Part shown: positions 29,795-42,517 of the stretch, in pieces
Position numbering within the stretch: position 1 is the stretch's first letter
Layout: each line of letters begins with the position of its first letter
NCBI GenBank assembly: GCA_035248585.1
Contig: DATFHJ010000254.1
Coordinates: forward strand, 1 to 61,650
Length of the DNA: 61,650 bases
From: Thermoanaerobaculia bacterium
Lineage (GTDB): Bacteria > Acidobacteriota > Thermoanaerobaculia > Gp7-AA8
Direction of reading: 5' to 3'
Translations under genes and position numbers: made by a program
The notes under the pieces: model-generated
What the model was told of the DNA's origin: nothing
Databases searched by the model: none
What the model saw: the letters and a program-made list of their open reading frames with translations, nothing else

Positions 29795-30481
29795 ATGAAG
29801 GTCACGCGCACGGCGTCCGCGGCATTCACGGTGGAGCTCGACGACGAGGCCGAGCTGCGCGAAGAACATCGCGCGAATCTCTCGATGGGCGCGCTGCGTC
29901 TGCACACCAGCGAGACCGTCGCACTCAACACGCTGCTGCTCGTCACGCTGCGCGGGCCGGGCGGCGGGGAGGCCGTCTCGAAAGCGACGGTCGTCGCGCA
30001 GTTGCCGGACGGACTCGCGCTCGCGCTCGACGCGAATGCGGACGATGTTCTCGCGCGGCTGCTCCCGCCGAAACCGGCCGCGGAAAGCACGTGGGATCGC
30101 ATGCGCAGCCTCACGCAGACCGAGAAGCTGCTGCTCGCGATCAAGGCGGATCGCACCGACCGCGCGGTTCTATTGCAGGACAACGATCCGCGCGTGCTGC
30201 TCTCGCTGCTACGCAATCCGCAGCTCACGATCGACGAAGTCGCGCGCATCGCCAGGTCAACGTATCTCAACGTGCAGATCGCGGACGTGATCTCGAAGAC
30301 CGGTCAGTGGATGGCGAGCATGGATGTCCGCCTCGGTCTCGTGCACAACCCCAAGACCCCGCCCGCGCTCGCCCTGCGCCTTCTCCCGTCGCTGCCCGAG
30401 GCCGAAGTGCGCAACATCGCCCGCGCGGGGACGAACATGGCGTTGAAGACGGCGGCGTTGAGGCAGTTGCAGAAGAAGTGA
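29795..30481 (+). CDS. Hypothetical protein with PilZ-like N-terminal region and helical-repeat C-terminus
   Basis: ANLSMGALRL resembles the PilZ (D/N)xSxGG motif, but I see no RxxxR. The C-terminus has repeated LLRNPxLT / LVHNPKTP helical units. Tentative. Confidence 0.4.
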   Translation: MKVTRTASAAFTVELDDEAELREEHRANLSMGALRLHTSETVALNTLLLVTLRGPGGGEAVSKATVVAQLPDGLALALDANADDVLARLLPPKPAAESTWDRMRSLTQTEKLLLAIKADRTDRAVLLQDNDPRVLLSLLRNPQLTIDEVARIARSTYLNVQIADVISKTGQWMASMDVRLGLVHNPKTPPALALRLLPSLPEAEVRNIARAGTNMALKTAALRQLQKK

Positions 30482-30498
30482 CGGCCGCAACGCGACCG

Positions 30499-31806
30499 TC
30501 ACTCCAGCTCCGACCAATCGATCGTCGTCGGCACGTTCGACTTCGCGAACAGCGACGACAGCATCTCCTGCGGCGTGTAGATCCGCAGGTCGCCAAGCTC
30601 GCTTGGGCGGCGGTTTTTCATCGTGAACAGCGTCCGCTGCGTGACGTAGTCGAAGTTCGCGTAAAAGTCGTCGTCCTTTTTCTGCTCGAACATCGTCTTC
30701 AGCGTGTTGAGCTGGCGGGCCAGGTGATCGTCGAGCGCCTCTTCCATCGACGGCGCGTCGGTGATGAGCTTCGTCTTCTTCGGTGTCGGCTCGAGTCCGA
30801 CCGCGAGGCGCAGGTCATCCAGCTCTTTCGCGTAACGGTCCGTCTTCAAGGACTTTTTCTTTGCCTGCGGCAGGAGCAGTGCGGGGATGCGGTTGCAGTT
30901 CGCCTGATGAATCATGTCGCTGCGCGTGATCCAGCCGAGGTTCGTCACGCCGCAGCGCGCGGAGACGTTGCGGTGCAGGTTGTCGAGGAACGGCTTGACC
31001 GCGGTGTTGAACGAGTCCTCGACGCCGTTGAAGAGGTTCAACACGTAGTGCACGCGGAACTCGTCGATCGTCGTCTGCACCGTGCGCGTGACCGGGTGAT
31101 CGCCGAGGTTCTGGGCGAGATCGAGCGCGAACGCGTCGAGGTTCTGTACCGACGAGTCGTAGACGTCTTCGACGCGGTCGATCAGGTCGTTGATCAGCTT
31201 CCAGAAATCGAGGCTGCGGTCGACGGTGGCGAAGAACGGCGACGACTTGCTGAAGATCAGCCGCAGTTTGCGGAAGAGGATGGCCTTCACGATGTCGGAC
31301 GCGGCGAGCGTGGCGCTCGGCAGGTGCGGCGTGAAGATGAGAATCCCGGAGTTGGAGAAGGGGAGGAAGTCGATCACGTTGGCGTCGAGGCCCGCGCGGA
31401 GATCGAGCACGACGTATTCGGCGGGCAGCGAGTTGATGGCCTCCATCAGCTTCGCTTTGTAGGCCGGGCCGAAGTTCGTGATCTCTTCGATCAGGTGCAG
31501 CGGGCCGGCCACGAAGCCGAAGCTGACGAACTTACCCTGCGGATCGAGCTTGCGGTCGAGGCTGGAGATGCAGTTCTCCAGCGGCTCGTTCTTGCGGAAG
31601 AAGTGGTAGAGATCTTTCGTGATCGGAACGTCGATGGCGTTGCGGATGGCGGACGTGCCGGTGTCGAGATCGACGAGCACGGTGGGGGCGTGGCGCGAGA
31701 GCGCGAGGGCAAAGTTGATCGCGAACGTGGTCTTTCCCACGCCGCCCTTGCCTGACGAGACGGGGATGATCCGTTTGATTGCCACCTGACGGCACCACAC
31801 TACCAC
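30499..31806 (-). CDS. MinD/ParA-family P-loop ATPase with ~170-aa C-terminal extension
   Basis: Deviant Walker A SSGKGGVGKTTFAINFA, VLVDLDTG, VVLDLRAG. The long non-ATPase C-terminal region has no motif I recognise. Confidence 0.75.
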   Translation of the reverse strand: MVVWCRQVAIKRIIPVSSGKGGVGKTTFAINFALALSRHAPTVLVDLDTGTSAIRNAIDVPITKDLYHFFRKNEPLENCISSLDRKLDPQGKFVSFGFVAGPLHLIEEITNFGPAYKAKLMEAINSLPAEYVVLDLRAGLDANVIDFLPFSNSGILIFTPHLPSATLAASDIVKAILFRKLRLIFSKSSPFFATVDRSLDFWKLINDLIDRVEDVYDSSVQNLDAFALDLAQNLGDHPVTRTVQTTIDEFRVHYVLNLFNGVEDSFNTAVKPFLDNLHRNVSARCGVTNLGWITRSDMIHQANCNRIPALLLPQAKKKSLKTDRYAKELDDLRLAVGLEPTPKKTKLITDAPSMEEALDDHLARQLNTLKTMFEQKKDDDFYANFDYVTQRTLFTMKNRRPSELGDLRIYTPQEMLSSLFAKSNVPTTIDWSELE

Positions 31807-31826
31807 GCGTTACAATCAGGAGATCC

Positions 31827-32507
31827 ATGCAGACGTCGTTCTTCAGGAAACTGCCTCTCTTCGCCGATCTCGATGATCGCGAGCTGGCGTCGATCGTGGC
31901 CGTGGCGAAGACGCGCCGCTATGCGAAAGACGACGTCATCTTCCACGCCGACGAGAGCGGCGACGTGTTCTGCTTGATCCGCGACGGTCAGGTGAAGGTG
32001 ACGATGATCTCCCCCGAGGGGAAGGAGATCATCCTCGCGCTCCTCGGACCGGGCGACTTCTTCGGCGAGATGGCGCTCCTCGACGACGAGCCGCGCTCGG
32101 CGACCGTCATCGCCACTGAGTCGCTCGATCTCGTGACCATCTGGCGCAGCGACTTCCTGCAGATCCTGCAGGAGAACTTCTCCATCACGCGCAAGGTGCT
32201 CTCCGAGATCTCGCGGCGGCTGCGCAGCGCGTCGAGCCGCATCGAGTCGCTGGCGACGATGGACGTCTACGGCCGCCTGGCGCGCTTCTTCCTCGACCTC
32301 GCCCGCGATCAGGGAAAGGTCCTGGAGAATGGCTACGTCGCGGTGACGCGCCCGACGCACCAGTCGATCGCGAACATGATCGGCACGTCGCGCGAGACCG
32401 TGTCGCGGCTGATTCACGACCTCATGCGGCAGAACCTGCTGCTGTCGGAAGGGAAGACGATTTACCTGCGGAAGACGGCGCTCGATCAATTTCGCGCCGA
32501 GGTTTGA
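31827..32507 (+). CDS. CRP/FNR family transcriptional regulator
   Basis: ATG 31827 after AGGAG. cNMP-binding FFGEMALLDDEPRSATV. C-terminal HTH IANMIGTSRETVSRLIHDL. Confidence 0.85.
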   Translation: MQTSFFRKLPLFADLDDRELASIVAVAKTRRYAKDDVIFHADESGDVFCLIRDGQVKVTMISPEGKEIILALLGPGDFFGEMALLDDEPRSATVIATESLDLVTIWRSDFLQILQENFSITRKVLSEISRRLRSASSRIESLATMDVYGRLARFFLDLARDQGKVLENGYVAVTRPTHQSIANMIGTSRETVSRLIHDLMRQNLLLSEGKTIYLRKTALDQFRAEV

Positions 32508-32555
32508 CGCCTGTTCACGATCCCCAATTTAGTCACGCTCCTGCGTCTCCTGCTC

Positions 32556-33101
32556 GTGCCCTGTTTTCTCTGGGCGTCGAGGGAGCGGATGTTCGTGCTG
32601 GCGTTCGTGCTATTCGTGATCGCGGCGAGCAGCGACTCGATCGACGGCATGATCGCGCGGCGGTGGAACATGCACTCGCGGCTCGGCGCGCTGCTCGATC
32701 CGGCGGCCGACAAGACGCTGATGGTCTGCGGCGTTCTCTACTACACGTTCGCGAAGGACATCCCGGTGATCCGCCTGCCGAGCTGGCTGACGTTCACGGT
32801 CTTCATCCGCGATTTCCTGATCGCGTTCTTCGCGTATCTCATGTACACGCGCGTGCACATCACGCGGTTCCCGCCGTCGATCTACGGGAAGATCTCGACG
32901 ATCCTGCAGATGTCCGTGCTGTCGGCGACGATCGCGGTGAACGCCTTCGCGCCGTGGTTCCCGCCGGGGTGGATGCCGAGGCTGCTGCCGGTGATGGCGC
33001 TGCTCTTCCGGGCGTCGATGCTGATGACGCTGTTCTCGGGATGGCACTACATGAACCGCGCGCGGCGCATCCTCAGCGAGCTATCTCCAGCCGCTGCTTG
33101 A
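32556..33101 (+). CDS. pgsA: CDP-alcohol phosphatidyltransferase (PgsA-like). The conserved N-terminus extends upstream to about 32511 with no canonical start.
   Basis: DSIDGMIARRWNMHSRLGALLDPAADK is the CDP-OH transferase motif. In frame upstream of GTG 32556 the sequence reads LFTIPNLVTLLRLLLVP, the usual first TM helix of the family. Confidence 0.8.
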   Translation: MPCFLWASRERMFVLAFVLFVIAASSDSIDGMIARRWNMHSRLGALLDPAADKTLMVCGVLYYTFAKDIPVIRLPSWLTFTVFIRDFLIAFFAYLMYTRVHITRFPPSIYGKISTILQMSVLSATIAVNAFAPWFPPGWMPRLLPVMALLFRASMLMTLFSGWHYMNRARRILSELSPAAA

Positions 33102-33155
33102 CTTCGGGCCGGAACCGAAATAGTTTGCGCCGCTGTTTGTTGTACGGAACCCCGA

Positions 33156-33231
33156 GCCTCCATAGCTCAATTGGTAGAGCAGCGGACTCTTAATCCGTTG
33201 GTTCCAGGTTCGAGTCCTGGTGGGGGCACCA
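33156..33231 (+). tRNA. tRNA-Lys (anticodon CTT), CCA encoded
   Basis: Hand-folded: acceptor GCCTCCA/TGGGGGC, D stem GCTC/GAGC, anticodon stem GCGGA/TCCGT with loop CTCTTAA, T arm CCAGG-TTCGAGT-CCTGG, then ACCA. Confidence 0.9.
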
Positions 33232-33260
33232 ACCCTTCCGTTGACTTAGACTCTACCCGC

Positions 33261-33346
33261 GCGAAAGTGGCGGAATTGGCAGACGCGCTGGTCTTAGGAG
33301 CCAGTGGCCCAAAGCCGTGTGGGTTCGAGTCCCACCTTTCGCACCA
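33261..33346 (+). tRNA. tRNA-Leu (anticodon TAG), long variable arm, CCA encoded
   Basis: Hand-folded: acceptor GCGAAAG/CTTTCGC, anticodon stem CTGGT/GCCAG with loop CTTAGGA, long variable arm, T arm GTGGG-TTCGAGT-CCCAC, then ACCA. Confidence 0.9.
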
Positions 33347-33351
33347 GATTT

Positions 33352-33434
33352 GAACGCAGAACGCAGAGCGCAGAATTCAGAACGAAGAAAGAAAGCTTTC
33401 TCAGTTCTTCATTCTGCGTCTGCGTTCTGCGTTC
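33352..33434. repeat. 83-nt near-perfect hairpin built from inverted arrays of a 7-bp repeat
   Basis: Left arm GAACGCA GAACGCA GAGCGCA GAATTCA GAACGAA GAAAGAA; right arm ...TTCTTCA TTCTGCG TCTGCGT TCTGCGT TC. Stems of 16 bp and 8 bp, plus a palindromic GAAAGCTTTC apex. Confidence 0.75.
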
Positions 33435-33458
33435 TCCATACGAGGTAACCCACACGCC

Positions 33459-34730
33459 ATGACCGTCCTTAATTTCGAAGATCTCTCCCCCGTCCAAAAA
33501 TCCGTCGAGGTGGAAATCCCCGCGGATCTGATCTCGCGTGAAGCGAACAAGGTCACCAGCGAATTCGGCCGCCAGGCCAAGGTGCCGGGGTTCCGGCCGG
33601 GCAAGGTGCCGTCGAGCGTGGTGCGCACGCGGTTCGCGAAGGAGATCCAGGAAGAGGTCGTGCAGCGGGTCTTGGGGGAGAGCTTCCGCACCATCATGCG
33701 CGAGAAGGGGCTCGAGCCGGTGGGCGATCCGCATCTCGAGCATCTCGATCCGTTCATCGAAGGCGCGCCGATGAAGTTCAAGGCGCGCTTCGAGGTGAAG
33801 CCGCAGATCGACCTGCGCGAGTATCGCGGGCTCGAGATCGACGACCCGAAAATCGAAGTCACGGACACCGACGTCGACGCGATGATCGAGCGGCTGCGCG
33901 ATCAGGCCAGCGTCTACCGCGTGGAGAATGACCGCGGACTCGACGACGGCGATTTCGCCGTCATCGACATCAGCTCGAGCGGCGACGACATCGAGCCGAA
34001 GACCGACTCCGGTCATTTCAAGCTCGGCGAAGACACGCCGCTGCCGGAGCTGCACGAGTCGCTGCGCGGCAAGAAGGCCGGCGAGACGGCGTCGTTCGAC
34101 AAGGCGTACGGCGACGACGCGCACCAGGACGCGTGGCGCGGGAAGACCATTCATCACGACGTCACGCTGAAAGAGATCCGCGTGCAGGAGAAGCCCGACG
34201 TCGACGACGAGTTCGCGAAGAGCGTCGGCGCGTGGGACACCGTCGAGCAGATGCGCGAGACGATCACCGCCGACATCCGCCGCCACCGGGAGATGGAAGC
34301 GCTGCGCCTGAAGCGCAGCCAGGTCGGCGAGCGCCTCCTCGGACTGCACGACTTCGACGTGCCGGAGGCGCTGGTCGAGGACGAGCTCGGGAAGTCGCTC
34401 AACAACTACGCGCGCTATCTCGCCTCGCAGGGCGTCGATCTGCAGAAGGCGGAGCTGGACTGGTCGAAGGTCGGCGAAGAATTTCGCCCCGAGGCGGTGA
34501 AGCGCGTGAAGCGCTCCCTCATCCTCGAGGCGATCGCCCGCAAGGAAAACATCGGCATCAGCGACGTGGAAGTCGATGCCGAGATCCGCCGCGCCGCGAA
34601 AGAGCAGGACCGCGAGTTCGCCGACGTGAAGCACCATCTCAAGCACGACGGCGGCTACGAGGCGCTGCGCGCCTCGCTCGCTCAGGAGCGCGCGCTGGAG
34701 CTCGTGCTCTCGTCAGCGTCGCTCAAGTGA
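33459..34730 (+). CDS. tig: Trigger factor
   Basis: N-terminal ribosome-binding region with GFRPGKVP, central FKBP-like segment, C-terminal helical arms. Sits upstream of clpP-clpX as in many bacteria. Confidence 0.95.
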   Translation: MTVLNFEDLSPVQKSVEVEIPADLISREANKVTSEFGRQAKVPGFRPGKVPSSVVRTRFAKEIQEEVVQRVLGESFRTIMREKGLEPVGDPHLEHLDPFIEGAPMKFKARFEVKPQIDLREYRGLEIDDPKIEVTDTDVDAMIERLRDQASVYRVENDRGLDDGDFAVIDISSSGDDIEPKTDSGHFKLGEDTPLPELHESLRGKKAGETASFDKAYGDDAHQDAWRGKTIHHDVTLKEIRVQEKPDVDDEFAKSVGAWDTVEQMRETITADIRRHREMEALRLKRSQVGERLLGLHDFDVPEALVEDELGKSLNNYARYLASQGVDLQKAELDWSKVGEEFRPEAVKRVKRSLILEAIARKENIGISDVEVDAEIRRAAKEQDREFADVKHHLKHDGGYEALRASLAQERALELVLSSASLK

Positions 34731-35275
34731 TCCCTGAGAAAGCGTAACGTCGCGCGAATCACTTCCTCTGATTCGGCCGCGTGCGCCGCGCCCGCGTGAT
34801 TCATCAGCGTGACCGGAAGATCGTGCGCGAGGGATTGCGCGACGAAGCGGTCGATCGACTCGTTGATGCCGTCGAACTGATCGCGCCCCGCGCGCACGAG
34901 GAAGAGCGGCACGTCGCGCGGGATGTCGTCGAAGCGCGTCTTCGGATCGGCGAAGCCGAAGCTCGCCGTGCGCTCGTCGAGATCGAGCATGCAGCCGTAC
35001 AGCAGCGCGGCGCAGCGCATGCCGCGCAACGCGGAGAGCGCGACCGGCACGTTGCCGGACATCGCCAGGAGCGCGATGCGATCCGTACGCGAGCGAAGCT
35101 CTTCGATCGCGCGGTGCACGTCCGCGATCGGATCCTCGTTCGCGTACGCGGCGGCGATCATTCCGGCGCCGGCGATGCGCCGCGCCCACGCTTTCACCGG
35201 CTCCATCGTGTTGATGCGGCCGCGATATCCGCCGACGATCAGAACTGCGGGGGGAGCGTACCAATCCAATTCCAT
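34682..35275 (-). CDS. Alpha/beta-hydrolase-fold protein (dienelactone-hydrolase-like)
   Basis: Start [17 protein letters not shown] 6 nt after [16 protein letters not shown] (nucleophile-elbow-like G-x-S-x-G variant). Convergent 49-nt overlap with the tig end. Confidence 0.55.
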   Translation of the reverse strand: MELDWYAPPAVLIVGGYRGRINTMEPVKAWARRIAGAGMIAAAYANEDPIADVHRAIEELRSRTDRIALLAMSGNVPVALSALRGMRCAALLYGCMLDLDERTASFGFADPKTRFDDIPRDVPLFLVRAGRDQFDGINESIDRFVAQSLAHDLPVTLMNHAGAAHAAESEEVIRATLRFLRDHLSDADESTSSSARS

Positions 35276-35291
35276 GCATTTCCTCCAAATG

Positions 35292-35329
35292 AAAAAGCCG
35301 CCGGGCACCCGCGGGTGCCGCGACGGCTT
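35292..35329 (-). terminator. Intrinsic-terminator-like GC-rich hairpin plus U5 on the minus strand, in the leader of the hydrolase gene
   Basis: The minus strand reads CAAGCCGTCGCGGCACCCGCGGGTGCCCGGCGGCTTTTTC (two 6-bp GC stems with an internal loop, then TTTTT), 5 nt upstream of the GGAGG of the hydrolase gene. Confidence 0.35.
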
Positions 35330-35416
35330 GTTTCCGATGCCTGGAAGATACGCTCCGGCGCGCATCGTTTGCAAGCGCGGGATTCGGTTAGACTCCCGCC
35401 CGTGAAGGAGACTCAA

Positions 35417-36001
35417 ATGCTGGTTCCGATGGTGGTCGAGCAGACGTCGCGCGGCGAGCGCGCCTACGACATCTACTCGCGGCTTCTCAAAGACAACGTG
35501 ATCTTCCTCGGCTCGGCGATCGATGACAACGTCGCGAACCTCGTCATCGCGCAGATGCTGTTCCTCGAAGCGGAGAATCCCGAGAAGGACATCTTCCTCT
35601 ACATCAACTCGCCGGGCGGCTCGGTCAGCGCCGGCTTCGCTATCTACGACACCATGCAGTACGTCAAGCCCGACGTGGCCACGATGTGCATGGGCATGGC
35701 GGCGTCGTTCGCGGCGGTGCTGCTCGCCGGCGGGACGAAAGGGAAGCGTTACGCGCTTCCGAACGCGCGCATCCTGATGCATCAGCCCTGGCTGCAAGGC
35801 CTCGGCGGGCAGGCCAGCGACATCGACATTCACGCGAAGGACATCCTTCGCATGAAGCAGCGCATCAACGAGATCCTCGCCGATCACACCGGCCAGCCGA
35901 TCGAGAAAATCGACCGCGACACCGATCGCGACTACATTCTTTCCGCGCCCGCCGCGAAGGATTACGGCGTGGTGGATCAAGTAATTGCGAGAAGGGACTA
36001 G
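35417..36001 (+). CDS. clpP: ATP-dependent Clp protease proteolytic subunit
   Basis: [30 protein letters not shown] (Ser), ILMHQP (His). GAAGGAG RBS. Confidence 0.97.
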   Translation: MLVPMVVEQTSRGERAYDIYSRLLKDNVIFLGSAIDDNVANLVIAQMLFLEAENPEKDIFLYINSPGGSVSAGFAIYDTMQYVKPDVATMCMGMAASFAAVLLAGGTKGKRYALPNARILMHQPWLQGLGGQASDIDIHAKDILRMKQRINEILADHTGQPIEKIDRDTDRDYILSAPAAKDYGVVDQVIARRD

Positions 36002-36097
36002 GAGGCGCTGGAATTTTCGGCTCTACGGCGAGTTGACTTCCCCAACGCTGAGGAGTTCAATTTCCACCAGCGACCTCAAACAAGGGACCAATAGCAC

Positions 36098-37348
36098 ATG
36101 TCGAAGAAGGGGAACACCGGCGACGTACTTCGCTGCAGCTTCTGCAACAAGTCGCAGCGCGATGTCAAAAAGCTGATCGCCGGCCCGACGGTTTACATCT
36201 GCGACGAATGCGTCGACATCTGCCTCGACATCATCGCCGAGGACCGCAAGGATGAGCCGGGCGCGCTGGAAGGCTCCGGCCATCTTCCGAAGCCGAAAGA
36301 GATCAAGGAGTTCCTCGACCTCTACGTGATCGGCCAGGAGCGCGCGAAGAAGAAGCTCGCCGTCGCGGTGTACAACCACTACAAGCGGATCGACTATCAC
36401 TCGCGCAACGCGCGGCAGGACGTCGAGCTGCAGAAGTCAAATATTCTACTGATCGGACCGACCGGCACGGGCAAGACGCTCCTGGCGCAGACGCTCGCGC
36501 GCATGCTCTCGGTGCCGTTCACGATCGTCGACGCCACGACGCTCACCGAGGCCGGCTACGTCGGCGAAGACGTCGAGAACATCATCCTCAAGCTCTACCA
36601 GGCCGCCGGCAACGACAAAGAGAAGACCCAGCGCGGCATCGTCTACATCGACGAGGTCGACAAGATCTGCCGCAAGGGCGACAACCCCTCCATCACCCGC
36701 GACGTGAGCGGCGAGGGCGTGCAGCAGGCGCTGCTGAAGATCCTCGAAGGCACGGTCGCCAACGTTCCGCCGCAGGGCGGACGCAAGCATCCGCATCAGG
36801 AATTCATCCAGATCGACACCACGAACATCCTCTTCATCTGCGGCGGCGCGTTCGTCGGACTCGACAACGTCATCGAGCGCCGCCTCTCGCAGACGTCGAT
36901 GGGCTTCGGCGCGAAGATCGCGACGAAGAAAGAGAAGAAGACCGGCGAGCTGCTCGCGCAGGTCCATCCGGAAGATCTGATCCGCTTCGGACTGATCCCG
37001 GAGTTCGTCGGACGCCTGCCGGTGGTGGCGACGCTGAGCGAGCTGGATCGAGGCGCGCTCATCGAGATCCTCCGCGAGCCGAAGAACTCGCTCGTCCGGC
37101 AGTATCAGACGATCATGGGCTTCGAGAACGTCGAGCTCCGCTTCACCGACGACGCCCTCGAAGCCATCGCCGAAGAAGCGCTCAAGCGCAACGTCGGCGC
37201 GCGCGGACTCAAGATCATCATCGAAGAGCTGATGCTCGAGATCATGTACACGATCCCCTCACAGAGCGCGATCAGCGAATGCGTGATCACGCGCGAGGTC
37301 GTGGAGAACCGCTCGCAGCCGATCACGCTGTACAAGAAGGCGGGCTAA
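36098..37348 (+). CDS. clpX: ATP-dependent Clp protease ATP-binding subunit ClpX
   Basis: Zinc ribbon [27 protein letters not shown], Walker [21 protein letters not shown]. Confidence 0.97.
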   Translation: MSKKGNTGDVLRCSFCNKSQRDVKKLIAGPTVYICDECVDICLDIIAEDRKDEPGALEGSGHLPKPKEIKEFLDLYVIGQERAKKKLAVAVYNHYKRIDYHSRNARQDVELQKSNILLIGPTGTGKTLLAQTLARMLSVPFTIVDATTLTEAGYVGEDVENIILKLYQAAGNDKEKTQRGIVYIDEVDKICRKGDNPSITRDVSGEGVQQALLKILEGTVANVPPQGGRKHPHQEFIQIDTTNILFICGGAFVGLDNVIERRLSQTSMGFGAKIATKKEKKTGELLAQVHPEDLIRFGLIPEFVGRLPVVATLSELDRGALIEILREPKNSLVRQYQTIMGFENVELRFTDDALEAIAEEALKRNVGARGLKIIIEELMLEIMYTIPSQSAISECVITREVVENRSQPITLYKKAG

Positions 37349-37366
37349 CCACAACTTACGAAGACT

Positions 37367-37428
37367 GTGGAGCGGCGGGCTTTAGCCCGCCGTTTTCGTT
37401 TCCGGCGGGCTGAAGCCCGCCGCTCCAC
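37367..37428. repeat. Family-1 double-hairpin palindromic element, copy D (between convergent stops)
   Basis: GTGGAGCGGCGGGCTTTAGCCCGCCGTTTTCGTTTCCGGCGGGCTGAAGCCCGCCGCTCCAC. The outer palindrome extends to CTGTGGAG...CTCCACAG (37365-37430). Lies between the clpX and yciI-like stops. Confidence 0.9.
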
Positions 37429-37430
37429 AG

Positions 37431-37736
37431 TTACTTCTTCTTGAAAAACGGCCCCACCGCGCAATCCCGCACCTCGACCGTCTCCCACACGTTCGCGGCC
37501 ACGTACGGATCCGTGCCCAGCCACGCGTCCAAATCTTCGCGCGAGGGGAACTCGCAGATGAACACCGATCCCACCATTCGCTGCGCTTCATCGAGAAGGG
37601 CGGCGGCGCAGTAGATGTGGCCGTTCTTCACCAGCTCGCCGACGACTGCGAGATGTTGCGGGCGGGCGGCGATGCGGCGGTCGAGCGTTCCTTCATCGCG
37701 ATAGTCGTGTGCGGTAACGACGAATTCCAATTTCAC
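37431..37736 (-). CDS. YciI-like protein
   Basis: ~100 aa. [30 protein letters not shown]...[15 protein letters not shown] fits the YciI family pattern. Confidence 0.7.
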   Translation of the reverse strand: MKLEFVVTAHDYRDEGTLDRRIAARPQHLAVVGELVKNGHIYCAAALLDEAQRMVGSVFICEFPSREDLDAWLGTDPYVAANVWETVEVRDCAVGPFFKKK

Positions 37737-37744
37737 TCACCTCT

Positions 37745-37770
37745 CACTGGAATAGGGGTTTGTTCCAGTG
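37745..37770. promoter_or_regulatory. 8-bp inverted repeat CACTGGAA-N10-TTCCAGTG in the yciI-like/lon divergent intergenic region (candidate operator or leader hairpin)
   Basis: Read directly. 9 nt from the yciI-like start and 60 nt upstream of the lon ATG. Confidence 0.3.
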
Positions 37771-37829
37771 TACGAGAAACGCCGACCGGGAAGTTTTTCC
37801 CATCGAAACAGCGTATAAAGAAACCAAAT

Positions 37830-40223
<2,394 letters not shown>

Positions 40224-40233
40224 TGACAAAACT

Positions 40234-40292
40234 GTGGAGCGGCGGGCTTCAGCCCGCCGAAAAAGCCGGCGGGCAGCAGCCCGCCGCTCCAC
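40234..40292. repeat. Family-1 double-hairpin palindromic element, copy E
   Basis: GTGGAGCGGCGGGCTTCAGCCCGCCGAAAAAGCCGGCGGGCAGCAGCCCGCCGCTCCAC. Begins 11 nt after the lon stop. Confidence 0.9.
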
Positions 40293-40296
40293 TTCG

Positions 40297-40325
40297 TTGA
40301 CACCACAGCAGAATATCCGCACAAT
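40297..40325 (+). promoter_or_regulatory. Candidate sigma-70-type promoter for engB (TTGACA-N17-CACAAT)
   Basis: Perfect -35 hexamer at 40297-40302, a 17-nt spacer and a weak -10 at 40320-40325. Sits just after the repeat copy and ~90 nt upstream of the engB start. Confidence 0.25.
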
Positions 40326-40413
40326 CTCCGCCGTTCAGCTTTACAACTCACCAACCAGCTTCCATATCCGGCCCTCCGGATACTCGTAGTTACATCAAGC
40401 CAGAAACAAATCA

Positions 40414-40995
40414 TTGGAAATCCGGTCTGTAGCATTTCATCGGGCGGCGTACCAGCCTGGCGATTTTCCCCGTGATCAGAGGCCGCAGTTCGCAATGGTC
40501 GGCCGCTCCAACGTCGGGAAATCGAGTCTGATCAACGCCGTGCTGAATCGAAAGGGCGTCGCTCGCGTGAGCCAGACGCCCGGGAAGACCCAAGCCGTGC
40601 AGTTCTACCTGATCAACGAAAAGTTCTACCTCGTCGACCTTCCGGGCTACGGATACGCGAAGGTCCCGAAGAGCATGTCGCGCTCGTGGGGAGAGCTGGT
40701 GCGCGGCTATCTGGAAAACGCGGCGGAACTGAAAACGATCTTCCTCCTGCTCGACGTCCGGCGAACTCCGGGCGAGCACGATCGTCAGATGCACGAGTGG
40801 GCCCGCGATCTCGACGGCGTCTCCGAGAAGATCGTGCTCACCAAGACCGACAAACTCTCGAACAACGAACTGGCCACCAGCCGCCGCGACATCGCCAAAG
40901 AGCTGGACATCGACGAAAGCAATCTCATCGTCACTTCCGTCGTAAACAAGAAGGGAATCGAGCAGATCCGCCGCGAGATTCACGCGCGACTCTGA
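40414..40995 (+). CDS. engB: Ribosome-biogenesis GTPase EngB/YsxC/YihA
   Basis: TTG start. [19 protein letters not shown]..., G1 [25 protein letters not shown]. Confidence 0.9.
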   Translation: MEIRSVAFHRAAYQPGDFPRDQRPQFAMVGRSNVGKSSLINAVLNRKGVARVSQTPGKTQAVQFYLINEKFYLVDLPGYGYAKVPKSMSRSWGELVRGYLENAAELKTIFLLLDVRRTPGEHDRQMHEWARDLDGVSEKIVLTKTDKLSNNELATSRRDIAKELDIDESNLIVTSVVNKKGIEQIRREIHARL

Positions 40996-41011
40996 AATTT
41001 CGAGGAAACAA

Positions 41012-42514
<1,503 letters not shown>

Positions 42515-42517
42515 TCG

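Noticed and set aside
33100-33460. The tRNA-Lys/tRNA-Leu pair as a possible genomic-island integration site.
   Set aside because: No integrase, no direct repeat of a tRNA 3' end and no compositional break are visible on either side. The flanking genes (pgsA-like, tig) are housekeeping.
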